From NCBI GenBank assembly GCA_031273825.1, contig JAISRB010000092.1, forward strand, positions 1-52,163: a stretch of DNA of 52,163 nucleotides, written 5' to 3'. Positions 1-7,922 of this stretch are shown piece after piece. The notes under the pieces were generated by a model. That model saw nothing but the letters and a program-made list of their open reading frames with translations, was not told the origin of the DNA and did no database searches. The DNA is from Clostridiales bacterium (GTDB lineage: Bacteria > Bacillota > Clostridia > Christensenellales > JAISNN01). Position 1 is the first letter of the stretch. Every line of letters begins with the position of its first letter. The translations under genes were made by a program, and so were the position numbers.

Positions 1-105
1 AAATTATAAATACGCCTTTGGATAATTTAGAAAAGTTGTTAAAGTTTGAATAATTTTGCAATTAAATGCAAAAGCTTTGCGTGATAATAAGCAATACAAA
101 TAAAA

Positions 106-144
106 AGAGAGTAAAAAAATAAATGTTTTACCCTCTTTTTTTTG
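106..144. terminator. Imperfect hairpin flanked by A-run and T-run; candidate bidirectional terminator downstream of tRNA-Ser
   Basis: agagagtaaaa (106-116) pairs with ttttaccctct (126-136) with one mismatch. A T-run follows on the + strand, and T-rich sequence follows on the - strand. Confidence 0.4.
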
Positions 145-220
145 CCTTATCGGCGTATTATGATACCGAATAAGCCGTTCTTGAAAATATATTTGCAAGG
201 GTTCTTATTTGGTGTGTCTT

Positions 221-311
221 GGCGGAGAAGCCGGGATTTGAACCCGGGCGAGGCTATTAACCTCCTACTCCCTTAGCAGGGGAGCCCCTTCGACCTCTTG
301 GGTACTTCTCC
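221..311 (-). tRNA. tRNA-Ser (anticodon GCU), class II with long variable arm, CCA encoded
   Basis: The reverse complement reads GGAGAAG-TA-CCCAAGAGGTCGAAGGGG-C-TCCCC-TGCTAAG... The acceptor stem is GGAGAAG/CTTCTCC. The anticodon stem CTCCC/GGGAG encloses loop CTGCTAA. The T-arm is CCGGG-TTCAAAT-CCCGG, followed by GCCA. Confidence 0.9.
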
Positions 312-340
312 GTGACAATTTAATTAAAAGGCGATAATCG

Positions 341-376
341 GATAACCCGATTAAAGACAGTGATAACCCGATTAAA
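341..376. repeat. Two copies of a 15-bp direct repeat gataacccgattaaa (341-355, 362-376), 21-bp period, inside the predicted tRNA-Ser leader
   Basis: Exact 15-mer read twice; the first copy is part of the small hairpin aatcgg-ataac-ccgatt. Confidence 0.7.
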
Positions 377-392
377 AGACTTCAGCCTAATG

Positions 393-421
393 ATTTTAAC
401 ACAAAAGGCGCGGGTTGTCAA
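393..421 (-). promoter_or_regulatory. SigmaA-type promoter for tRNA-Ser
   Basis: On the minus strand: TTGACA (421-416), a 17-nt spacer, then TGtTAAAAT extended -10 (-10 hexamer 398-393). This predicts a ~75-nt leader before the tRNA 5' end at 311. Confidence 0.5.
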
Positions 422-463
422 ATTTTTTTGACTATTATTTTTTTGGGGATTTAAGCAAAACAA

Positions 464-520
464 TTTTTTTGCGGCAAAAGGCGTTCGGCTTGCTTTGAGC
501 AAACCCTTTGCCGCAAAAAA
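464..520. terminator. Long hairpin with A/T-run flanks, candidate bidirectional terminator (hppA side / tRNA side)
   Basis: tttttttgcggcaaaagg (464-481) is complementary to cctttgccgcaaaaaa (505-520) with a 1-nt bulge. Confidence 0.45.
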
Positions 521-525
521 TTATT

Positions 526-630
526 TTGAGATAGTTGTTTTATTCGTTGTGCAATATGCCCGGTAGGGGCGGCGTCATGCAAAGCTTGAGATAGCTGTTT
601 TATTCGTTGCGCAATATGCCCGATAAGGGT
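526..630. repeat. Two 45-bp direct repeats (526-570 and 586-630), 60-bp period, about 89% identical
   Basis: ttgagatagTtgttttattcgttgTgcaatatgcccgGtaGgggC versus ttgagatagCtgttttattcgttgCgcaatatgcccgAtaAgggT, with 5 mismatches in 45. Confidence 0.8.
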
Positions 631-652
631 AATTGCGCCGAAAATCATTACG

Positions 653-2854
653 TTAGCCTATAAGCGATTTTATCAACTCGATGAGGTTGTTTTCGCCGAA
701 TATTGAGACGCCGATAAGCGAGACGGTCGCCATAATCTTTATGAGAATGTCGAGAGACGGGCCGACGGTGTCTTTGAGCGGGTCTCCGACGGTGTCGCCG
801 ACGACGGCGGCGTCGTGCTCGGGCGAGCCCTTGCCCGCGCCCTCTATAAGACCTTGCTCGACGGCTTTTTTTGCGTTGTCCCACGCGCCGCCGGCGTTTG
901 CGGTAAATATGGCGAGCATGATGGCCGTGATTGTCGCGCCGATTAGAATTCCGCCGACAAAGTCCGCGCCGAGAGCAAAGCCGCCGAGAATAGGCACGCC
1001 TATGGCAAGCAGCACCGGCAGCTTCATTTCGCTTATCGCGCCGGCTGCAGAGATTTTTATGCATTGCTTATAGTCGGGGCGTTGCTCGCCCGTCAAAATT
1101 CCCGGCATTTCCTTGAATTGACGGCGAACCTCCTTGACCATTTTGCGCGCGCTTTTGGCTACGGCGTCGGTCAGCATTCCCGAAAAGAAAAACGGAAGCG
1201 CACCTCCGATAAAGGCTCCCGCAAGCGTCATATAATTGATGATGTCGAGACCGTTGGTGTGACCCGTGCCGCCGTCCTTTATTTGGCTGTGAATAAAGGA
1301 TATCAAGAGGCTCAAGGCCGCGAGCGCGCCGCTCCCTATGGCAAAGCCCTTGCCGATGGCCGCGGTGGTGTTGCCGACGGAATCGAGCTTATCGGTAATC
1401 TTTCTGACCTCGGGGTCAAGCCCGCTCATTTCGCTTATGCCGCCCGCGTTGTCGGCTATAGGCCCGTAAGTGTCGACCGAAACCGTCGCCGCGACGAACG
1501 ACAGCATACCGACCGCCGCCATGGTCACGCCGTATACTCCCGCGACGGAATACGCGCCTATGACGGAGGCCGCAAGCACGATGACCGGAAAAAAGCAACT
1601 TTTCATGCCGAGAGCGAGGCCTTTGGTTATGGTCAGAGCCGTGCCCTCCGAGGTAATTTTTGCAAGGTTTTGCGTCGGCTTATAGTCCGCGCTCGTGTAG
1701 TATTCGGCGAGAAGTCCGATGACTATTCCGCAGACTATTCCGATGACCGCGCCTATCCACGGCGAGAGAGGGCCGGCCGTGAAATTTAAGGCCGCCTTAA
1801 CCGCCGGACTGTCTATGTTTTGGTCTTTAAAGAATAGATAGCTCAAAACGCCGCCTCCGACGACTATGAGCGCCGCCGACGTCCAAAGCGCGATGTTCAA
1901 TTCGGTATGCGGCTTGTCGCCCGGCTTTTTGAATATTACGAACGCTATGCCTATGACGCAAGCAATCATGCCCAGCCCCGCAAAGGTGACGGGGAACAGC
2001 ATAAGCCTTTGGAGAAGCTCGGGAGGTATAGAGCCGGCTATCGCGGTAAACGAGGTATAGGCGGCGAGAACGACGGCGGCTATTATCGCGCCGACGTAGC
2101 TCTCCAAAAGATCGCTGCCGAGGCCGGCCACGTCGCCGACGTTGTCGCCGACGTTGTCGGCAATTGTCGCCGGGTTGCGAGGGTCGTCCTCCGGAATGTG
2201 CTCCTCGGTTTTTCCGACGAGATCCGCGCCCATGTCGGCGGCCTTGGTGTAGATGCCGCCGCCTATGCGGTTAAAGAGCGCGACCATCGAACAGCCTAAG
2301 GCGTAGCACGACACGACCATGGTAAAGGGTATGTAGGTCAGGTCAAACAAGCCGTTGGGCATGACCGTGATGTTCGCCGTATCCAAAAGCTTAAAGCCGA
2401 AGCCGAATATCAAAAAGCACAGCAGCAGCCCGAATATGGCGAAGCCGCCCACGCAAAGACCCATGACGCTTCCTCCGCGAAAGGCGACCTTGAGAGTCTT
2501 GCCGAGGCTCTTTTGCTCGCGCGCCGTGTTGGCGACGCGGACGTTGGCGATAGTGGCTATTTTCATGCCGACTAAGCCCGCCGCTCCCGACAGCGTCGTG
2601 CCTATGACAAAGGCTACCGCGCTGTAGACGTCGAGTACGACGCCGAGAAGGACGGCGACGCCGGCGGCGGCTATGGCTATTATTTTGTATTCGTGAGCGA
2701 TGAACGCCGCCGCGCCCTCGCTTATAGCTCCGGCTATTTCCGTCATTTTTTCGGTTCCGCTTTTTAGCTTTTTGACTTTAAAAAAATTATAAAGGGCAAA
2801 AAGCACGGCGAGAACGACTGCGCTCGAAGCAAAAACAATGAAGGGAACAAACAT
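653..2854 (-). CDS. hppA: Membrane-bound ion-translocating pyrophosphatase (M-PPase), K+-dependent subtype
   Basis: 733-aa polytopic protein. It carries the M-PPase motifs DNVGDNVGDVAG, GDTVGDPLKD and GNTTAAIGKGFAIGS; Ala rather than Lys in GNTT(A/K)A marks the K+-dependent family. An AGGAG RBS precedes the ATG at 2854. Confidence 0.95.
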   Translation of the reverse strand: MFVPFIVFASSAVVLAVLFALYNFFKVKKLKSGTEKMTEIAGAISEGAAAFIAHEYKIIAIAAAGVAVLLGVVLDVYSAVAFVIGTTLSGAAGLVGMKIATIANVRVANTAREQKSLGKTLKVAFRGGSVMGLCVGGFAIFGLLLCFLIFGFGFKLLDTANITVMPNGLFDLTYIPFTMVVSCYALGCSMVALFNRIGGGIYTKAADMGADLVGKTEEHIPEDDPRNPATIADNVGDNVGDVAGLGSDLLESYVGAIIAAVVLAAYTSFTAIAGSIPPELLQRLMLFPVTFAGLGMIACVIGIAFVIFKKPGDKPHTELNIALWTSAALIVVGGGVLSYLFFKDQNIDSPAVKAALNFTAGPLSPWIGAVIGIVCGIVIGLLAEYYTSADYKPTQNLAKITSEGTALTITKGLALGMKSCFFPVIVLAASVIGAYSVAGVYGVTMAAVGMLSFVAATVSVDTYGPIADNAGGISEMSGLDPEVRKITDKLDSVGNTTAAIGKGFAIGSGALAALSLLISFIHSQIKDGGTGHTNGLDIINYMTLAGAFIGGALPFFFSGMLTDAVAKSARKMVKEVRRQFKEMPGILTGEQRPDYKQCIKISAAGAISEMKLPVLLAIGVPILGGFALGADFVGGILIGATITAIMLAIFTANAGGAWDNAKKAVEQGLIEGAGKGSPEHDAAVVGDTVGDPLKDTVGPSLDILIKIMATVSLIGVSIFGENNLIELIKSLIG

Positions 2855-3009
2855 TTTTATCTTACTCCTTTTTGATTAAGTATTTTTTTGACGATAAGAT
2901 TATATCATAAATTTTTGCCGAACGCGCTTTTTTTGAGGTGCTTTTTTGCGTTTTGCCAAAAAAAACAGTAAAAAAGTTAAAAAAAATTAAAAAACTTTTC
3001 AAAGGGTAC

Positions 3010-3038
3010 TGTACAAGCGGGTTTTTTTGTGGTATAAT
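3010..3038 (+). promoter_or_regulatory. Candidate promoter for the 3133 gene
   Basis: tgtaca (3010-3015), a 17-nt spacer, then TGgTATAAT (TATAAT 3033-3038). Confidence 0.4.
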
Positions 3039-3132
3039 AACTAAGCAAGAAGATTCCTAAAGCGGAATCGACCGCCAAAATCAAATATCAAATAAGGGAT
3101 ACCGCCCGATTTAAAAGGCGGAAAATGTGTAA

Positions 3133-3843
3133 ATGAATAGAAAACGCGCGAGAGCCGAGCAAGTCAACGCGGCGGCTCAAAATCCTCAGATGATGCACAT
3201 TCCTCCTCAGCTTTCCGACGCCGGTCAAGACGCCGAAATTTATAATATGGTAAAGGGCGCGTCTCAGCCGAATATCGCGAACGACAAAAAAACATACTAT
3301 ACGCCTTTTTCGAGGCTGCTGTTAAAAATAGTGTGCTTGCTGCTCATTCCGATAGTTTTGATATACGCGATAACGGCTTACGCCGACAAAAAATACTATC
3401 CGACGCACGGCGACTTCAGCATATCCGTTTATCACCTCGATAAGCCCGACAAAATCTATTATGTCAAATCGAGAGACACCAAGCGGTTTCAGATAGAGGA
3501 TATAACGGCAAAAGCCGACGAAAACAAAAGCTGGCGGGGCTACGGGCTGTCGGAGCTTATCGACCCGAGCACGTCTAAATTCGGCGAGGGCTTTGACTAT
3601 TTTATAGTCGTAGGCGAGGACGAAAACGGAATCGCTAAGGAGGTCGAATACGACTATCCGAGAACCGAGCATATAATGGTGGCCGTCTTTAGGGTAGGCA
3701 AAAACGGCAAGCTCAACGACGTATACGGAAACGTCATACCGGAAAACGCTCTCTCAAAGAGCTTTATAATTTTTGATCCCGACAATACCAATACGGAGAG
3801 ATGGGTATATAACGTAAAGGAAATACGCTTTGGATTGAGGTAG
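3133..3843 (+). CDS. Hypothetical single-pass membrane protein
   Basis: 236-aa ORF with one hydrophobic segment (LLLKIVCLLLIPIVLIYAITAY). No recognisable motif, and the start codon is uncertain. Confidence 0.5.
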   Translation: MNRKRARAEQVNAAAQNPQMMHIPPQLSDAGQDAEIYNMVKGASQPNIANDKKTYYTPFSRLLLKIVCLLLIPIVLIYAITAYADKKYYPTHGDFSISVYHLDKPDKIYYVKSRDTKRFQIEDITAKADENKSWRGYGLSELIDPSTSKFGEGFDYFIVVGEDENGIAKEVEYDYPRTEHIMVAVFRVGKNGKLNDVYGNVIPENALSKSFIIFDPDNTNTERWVYNVKEIRFGLR

Positions 3844-3926
3844 AAGCATAATATCAACGTCAAGGATATCCGGCTCCGGTCGGATTGAAACTAAAAAATA
3901 AAATTCCGCTAAGGGAGGGACTATTC

Positions 3927-4562
3927 ATGTCCGAGAGTAAAATAAGCCCACAAGAAGCAGTAACGAGGCGCGGTTTTATATACAATAAACCGATGCCCGC
4001 CGGTTACGGCGCGCCTCCGATTGCGCCTTATACCGAGAGAAGACCTTCGGTTGCTCCTTACACGGAGAGGAGACCGTCAGTTTCGCCTTTTATCGACAAA
4101 AGGCCGACTGTCACACCTTTTAACGACACAAGACCGATCATCTCGCCGTTTGAGGACAGGAGGCCGTCTGTTACGCCTTTTGCCAATAAAAAACCCGAAC
4201 TTTCTCCGCCTTTGAGCAAGGAAGAAAAACTCGAAAAAATAAAGAATGAGAGCACCAGACGTTACATAAAACCCGCTCAGTCGGGGTATGCCGTGCCGTC
4301 GGTAGCGCCATATACGGAAAGGAGGCCGACTATTTTGCCTTACAAAGAAACAAAACCCGTTATACACCCTCACAAAGAGGTTCGGCCGGTTCCCGAGCCG
4401 TATTCGCCGCATCTCTTCTCGGATTACGATCCTAATTTCGTGCCGCCGGAGCCGGTTATGCCGCCCGATCCTTACGCCGACAAAAAAGCGTTGAGACAAG
4501 CCGTCAAGGAGCGTCTCAAGGCCGATAAAGCGGCAAAAAAGAACGCGAAAAAGAAAAGATAA
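3927..4562 (+). CDS. Proline-rich protein built from degenerate decapeptide repeats (P-Y/F-x-E/D-R/K-R-P-S/T-V-x), with a Lys-rich C-terminus
   Basis: The ATG at 3927 is preceded by AAGGGAGGGA, so the track's upstream TTG start at 3885 is less likely. Repeats read APYTERRPSV APYTERRPSV SPFIDKRPTV TPFNDTRPII SPFEDRRPSV TPFANKKPEL, and again APYTERRPTI LPYKETKPVI HPHKEVRPVP. Confidence 0.7.
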   Translation: MSESKISPQEAVTRRGFIYNKPMPAGYGAPPIAPYTERRPSVAPYTERRPSVSPFIDKRPTVTPFNDTRPIISPFEDRRPSVTPFANKKPELSPPLSKEEKLEKIKNESTRRYIKPAQSGYAVPSVAPYTERRPTILPYKETKPVIHPHKEVRPVPEPYSPHLFSDYDPNFVPPEPVMPPDPYADKKALRQAVKERLKADKAAKKNAKKKR

Positions 4563-4699
4563 GGTCAACCTTTTTGTCTCGGATTTATTCCGTGAGGGTG
4601 AGGTTTGCCCAAAAATATGACGAAATCGTTTTTTGTAAAGGATATCGGTCGCGTCATGTTTAGTTAAACGCGCGTTTGCGCGGAGTACGGTGTTTTTAA

Positions 4700-5188
4700 A
4701 TGTCAAAAAAAACGACGACAATTTTTCCGTTAATAAGCGCGGTGATAAGCTTTATCATCGCCTTTTTAATTTGCGGCGTCGGGGCATTCGTCCTATTCCC
4801 GAGGTTTTACGGCGCGATGAGACGCGCCGATACGGTTTTGCTTTTTATGCTCTTGATAGGCCTTCCGACGGCGGTCTGTTCGTTTTATATGCCGCTTTGG
4901 CTGTCGGGCTTTGATATAACCGAAAGCGGAATAAGGCGAAGTATTTTGGGGAAAACCGTCCTTGAATTAAGGTGGGAGGACATAGGAGAGATAAGGTTTG
5001 CGCTTTACGGGGCGAACGCGTGGCTGATTGTGTCAAAAACGGGCACGCACGGCTATTCGTTTAAGGAGATAAGGCGCAAAAAAGACACGATGAGAATATT
5101 GTGCTGTCAAAAAGCCTTGCTTGCCATCAAAAAATATTACGACGGCAAAATAGTCGATTATCCCGACGACAAATATATGCTGATTTAG
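4700..5188 (+). CDS. Hypothetical membrane protein (2 predicted TM helices)
   Basis: 162-aa ORF with two N-terminal hydrophobic helices and a soluble C-terminal part. No recognised motif. Confidence 0.55.
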   Translation: MSKKTTTIFPLISAVISFIIAFLICGVGAFVLFPRFYGAMRRADTVLLFMLLIGLPTAVCSFYMPLWLSGFDITESGIRRSILGKTVLELRWEDIGEIRFALYGANAWLIVSKTGTHGYSFKEIRRKKDTMRILCCQKALLAIKKYYDGKIVDYPDDKYMLI

Positions 5189-5206
5189 TGGATTTGTTTT
5201 AAGTTC

Positions 5207-5227
5207 AAACGCATTTTCATGCGTTTG
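5207..5227. repeat. 21-bp palindromic hairpin element aaacgcattttcatgcgtttg; a near-identical copy lies at 19099-19119
   Basis: aaacgcat / atgcgttt form an 8-bp stem. The second copy gaacgcgttttcatgcgtttg differs at 2 positions. Both lie just downstream of + strand genes. Confidence 0.7.
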
Positions 5228-5235
5228 ACCGGAGG

Positions 5236-5270
5236 GGGCTTGTCTTAAGGTTGAATTTTAAGACAAGTCC
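5236..5270. terminator. Strong hairpin between convergent genes (4700 gene and spoIIE), possible bidirectional terminator
   Basis: gggcttgtcttaa (5236-5248) pairs with ttaagacaagtcc (5258-5270). No clean U-run follows on either strand. Confidence 0.35.
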
Positions 5271-5274
5271 CGAA

Positions 5275-7275
5275 TCAATTTTTTTCGTATATCCTTATGA
5301 CGAGCGCGGACGAATCGTCGTTTGCGCCGTAGGAGACGGCTTGCTTGATTAGCGCGTCGGCCAGTGTTTGAGGATTTTTTGTTTTTATCGAATTCAAGAG
5401 AGAAATTAAGCCGCCCTCGGGAAAGGCGTCGGCGACGCCGTCGCTGACGAGAACTACAAAATCGCCCGCGCGCAATTGTTTTCCGATCAATGTCGCGGTC
5501 GCGTCCTTGACCGCGCCGAGGGGCAGAGCAGAGCTTTTTATGACCTCCGCGCCGTCGCGTCCGAGGACATATGCGTCGTCCGCGCCCATTTTGATAAAAT
5601 CGGTCAGGCCGTTTTTGAGGTCGATAACGCACATGTCGAGGGTTGCGAATACGTCGTCAAAGACGTCGCAAAGCACGCGGTTTATCAGCGACGGCGCGGT
5701 TTGGCCGGATAAGCCCGCGCGATAAAAATTCTCGACGAGATTTACCGCGTTTTCACTCGCGCGTTTTGCCCGCGGACCGCGTCCCATGCCGTCGCTCAAG
5801 ACCGCGATAAATTTATCGCCGCCTATCTTGAGCGCGCATTTGACGTCGCCCGATACCGCTCCGCGCGAAACGTGCGCCTCGCCGTAGACGATGTCAAATT
5901 TGTTTGCCGCCCGATATTCTATCGCCGCGTATCCGCGATAGGGAATATCCGCCGACGATACGGTCAGCCTTTGTCCGACGGCGTTTGAGACGGCTCTGGA
6001 CAGCGACGGATTTTGAACGTCGTTTTCGTTTATAATTATGAGAACCCTTGCGCTTTGCTCCGCGCCGTATACCGCGGCGGCGCGGCAGACGATATTTTCG
6101 GCGGCAAGGCTTTGATAAACGCGCCTTTCCGCGTCGTCGTCAAACGACAAGCCCGCAGAGGTCTCCTTTGAAAGATCATAAAAGATTTTTGCCGCGCCGC
6201 CAAATTGCTCCGACAACATGAGCCGCGCGGTCTCGGACTGCTTGTCCGTTGCTAAGCCCTTCAAAAGAACCGAGGTTTCGGAAAAAGCCGCGCCTACGGC
6301 GGACAGCTTGCGCGTCATAATAATGCGCGTATTGTTGACTATGCCGCGTTCCGACAGCCGGCTTTTGTCCGATTCGCGGCCGAGCGCGGAAAGAACCGCC
6401 GCCGACAGCTTGCGGTCAAACGCCAGCGGAGCAAGCGTTCCCGCGATAACCGCCGCCGCGTCGGCGGCGTTGAGTGGAAACGCGCCGATCGGCGTCATGG
6501 TCAGCAAAAAATAACAGCCGACGATCGCCGCCGCGCCCGCGTATTTTGTCAGCGGCCGCAACGCCGAGGAGGCGGCGGCAAGGCAGGTCAAAAGCGTCAG
6601 CGGCCGCATATCCCCGCCTTGCAGAGCCGCGCCCGCGCCAAAGACCGCCGCCGCGATAAACGCGCCCGTCGGCGCGTTGCAAAGGCATGCCGTCATTATT
6701 ATACCCGCGGAAAAGAAAAAAAACAGCGGAGAGCCGCCGAGGTTGACGCTATACAGACCCGAGGCCGCTGCCGCGGCGTATATGACAAAGGCCGCCTTTT
6801 CGTCGACGGTCAGAGCCGACAGCGTTCCCGCCTTGCGGATATACACCGCGCCGAGAGCCGCGAGCGCGGCGCAGGCGGCGGCGACGGAGACGGCAATCGC
6901 CGCCGCCGCGTATATCGCCTCCGCCGGCAGGCCTACAAACAAAAAAATCGGAGTTCCGCCGAGAAAGACGCAAAACAACGCCGCCGTCTTAGAGAACGGC
7001 TTGTTTAATTTTATAAATATTTGCGCCGCGAAAAAAAACACAAAGGCCGCGCCCGCCGCCGTTACGGCGGATTGCACGGATATTTCGGCGGTAAACGCTG
7101 CGGCGACATACAGCGCGGACAGTATCGCGGCGTTCTTTTTGACGTATATCGCCGCGCCCAATATTCCTGCCGCCGCCGGCGCGAAGGGCAGCGCGGATTT
7201 TGCGCGGAACAGTATCGCGAATAACGCAAAGCATATAATATAAAAAGCGGCGTCTGCCCGCTTGCGGTTTTTCAT
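5275..7275 (-). CDS. spoIIE: Stage II sporulation protein E-like: polytopic membrane domain plus C-terminal PP2C (SpoIIE-type) phosphatase
   Basis: The N-terminal ~300 aa are Ala-rich multi-TM. The C-terminal domain has PP2C/SpoIIE motifs GDKFIAVLSDGMGRGPRA and GDFVVLVSDGV. The start is uncertain: the ATG at 7275 has no SD, and the track's TTG at 7305 is the alternative. Confidence 0.85.
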   Translation of the reverse strand: MKNRKRADAAFYIICFALFAILFRAKSALPFAPAAAGILGAAIYVKKNAAILSALYVAAAFTAEISVQSAVTAAGAAFVFFFAAQIFIKLNKPFSKTAALFCVFLGGTPIFLFVGLPAEAIYAAAAIAVSVAAACAALAALGAVYIRKAGTLSALTVDEKAAFVIYAAAAASGLYSVNLGGSPLFFFFSAGIIMTACLCNAPTGAFIAAAVFGAGAALQGGDMRPLTLLTCLAAASSALRPLTKYAGAAAIVGCYFLLTMTPIGAFPLNAADAAAVIAGTLAPLAFDRKLSAAVLSALGRESDKSRLSERGIVNNTRIIMTRKLSAVGAAFSETSVLLKGLATDKQSETARLMLSEQFGGAAKIFYDLSKETSAGLSFDDDAERRVYQSLAAENIVCRAAAVYGAEQSARVLIIINENDVQNPSLSRAVSNAVGQRLTVSSADIPYRGYAAIEYRAANKFDIVYGEAHVSRGAVSGDVKCALKIGGDKFIAVLSDGMGRGPRAKRASENAVNLVENFYRAGLSGQTAPSLINRVLCDVFDDVFATLDMCVIDLKNGLTDFIKMGADDAYVLGRDGAEVIKSSALPLGAVKDATATLIGKQLRAGDFVVLVSDGVADAFPEGGLISLLNSIKTKNPQTLADALIKQAVSYGANDDSSALVIRIYEKN

Positions 7276-7281
7276 TATTAA

Positions 7282-7290
7282 ATTATAACA
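7282..7290 (-). promoter_or_regulatory. Extended -10 element (TGtTATAAT) 6 nt upstream of the spoIIE ATG; predicts a leaderless or near-leaderless mRNA
   Basis: The minus strand reads tgtTATAAT-ttaata-ATG (TATAAT 7287-7282, ATG 7275-7273). The -35 is poor. Confidence 0.4.
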
Positions 7291-7329
7291 AAAATTCCGC
7301 AACAAAAAATATCCGTTTGTAGCCGATAA

Positions 7330-7336
7330 TGTCGAA
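7330..7336 (+). promoter_or_regulatory. Perfect Spo0A-box heptamer TGTCGAA upstream of spoIIE
   Basis: TGTCGAA lies at 7330-7336, about 43 bp upstream of the spoIIE -10. B. subtilis spoIIE is Spo0A-activated via 0A boxes (established). A single heptamer could occur by chance. Confidence 0.35.
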
Positions 7337-7565
7337 TTTAGCGGTCGGCGGTCGGCGACGGTAATTAATCAATAACATGATAATACAACGAAACGACAGG
7401 GCGGACGCCCCCGGCCGCCCGAAAACACAGAATTCGCGCGCGACAAAAACGCGGACGCGGCGTTTCGGAGGACGCGCCGCAACCCCCAAATCCGCCGCGT
7501 TTGCCCGACGGGCAAAAGCGGAGAGGAAAAATATTATCTCAAAAAACGAAAGCGCGGTTTTTTGC

Positions 7566-7594
7566 TTGCAAAAAAATTGAAATGCTGATATAAT
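7566..7594 (+). promoter_or_regulatory. SigmaA promoter of the SRP RNA gene
   Basis: TTGCAA (7566-7571), a 17-nt spacer, then TATAAT (7589-7594). The predicted TSS at about 7601 coincides with the start of the terminal helix of the RNA. Confidence 0.65.
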
Positions 7595-7599
7595 ATCAA

Positions 7600-7868
7600 G
7601 GCTGTGCTAGGTGGGGAGCTAGCGGTGCCCTGTACCTGCAAACCGCTACAGCAGGACCGAAGGCCCGTGTCGGCGGTCGTGTGGAAAGTCTGACTTTGAT
7701 AAGGAATGTTGATATCAAGGTCCCATCCAATGTAAATCTGTGAACCATGTCAGGCCCGAAGGGGAGCAGCATTAAGCGGACAATTACATGTGCCATGGGG
7801 AAGCTTTGAAGGAGTCGCCTGTCATTAGTTCCGTTTCGGCATGACTGGTCAAAACGGGATGCACAGTT
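7600..7868 (+). ncRNA. ffs: Signal recognition particle RNA, long Bacillus-type (scRNA, with Alu domain)
   Basis: The 5' end GTGCTAGGTGGGGAGCTAGCGGTGCCCTGTACCTGCAAACCGCT closely matches the B. subtilis scRNA 5' domain. The domain IV motif GTCAGGCCCGAAGGGGAGCAGC is present. ctgtgc (7602-7607) pairs with gcacag (7861-7866). Length is about 269 nt. Confidence 0.9.
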
Positions 7869-7888
7869 ATTTGAAATATTATTTTTTG

Positions 7889-7922
7889 ACCGGCGGCTTG
7901 CCGTTAAGCCGCCGGTTTTTTT
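7889..7922 (+). terminator. Intrinsic terminator of ffs
   Basis: accggcggctt (7889-7899) pairs with aagccgccggt (7906-7916), followed by a T-run. It overlaps the stop codon of the convergent ABC gene. Confidence 0.8.

Noticed and set aside
648-2627. Multiple 60-240-aa ORFs on both strands inside hppA (e.g. 648-1064, 1064-1789, 1907-2299)
   Set aside because: They are Arg/Pro-rich out-of-frame or antisense products of a GC-rich gene. hppA occupies the region with full-length conserved motifs.
4077-4721. 214-aa minus-strand ORF overlapping the decapeptide-repeat gene
   Set aside because: It is Arg-rich with no RBS, and it extends across an intergenic region. The + strand ORF has a strong RBS and regular repeat structure.
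7377-7580. 67-aa basic ORF in the spoIIE-ffs intergenic region
   Set aside because: It is Arg/Lys-rich low complexity with no RBS, and it overlaps the ffs promoter.
7596-7796. 66-aa minus-strand ORF
   Set aside because: It lies entirely within the SRP RNA gene.
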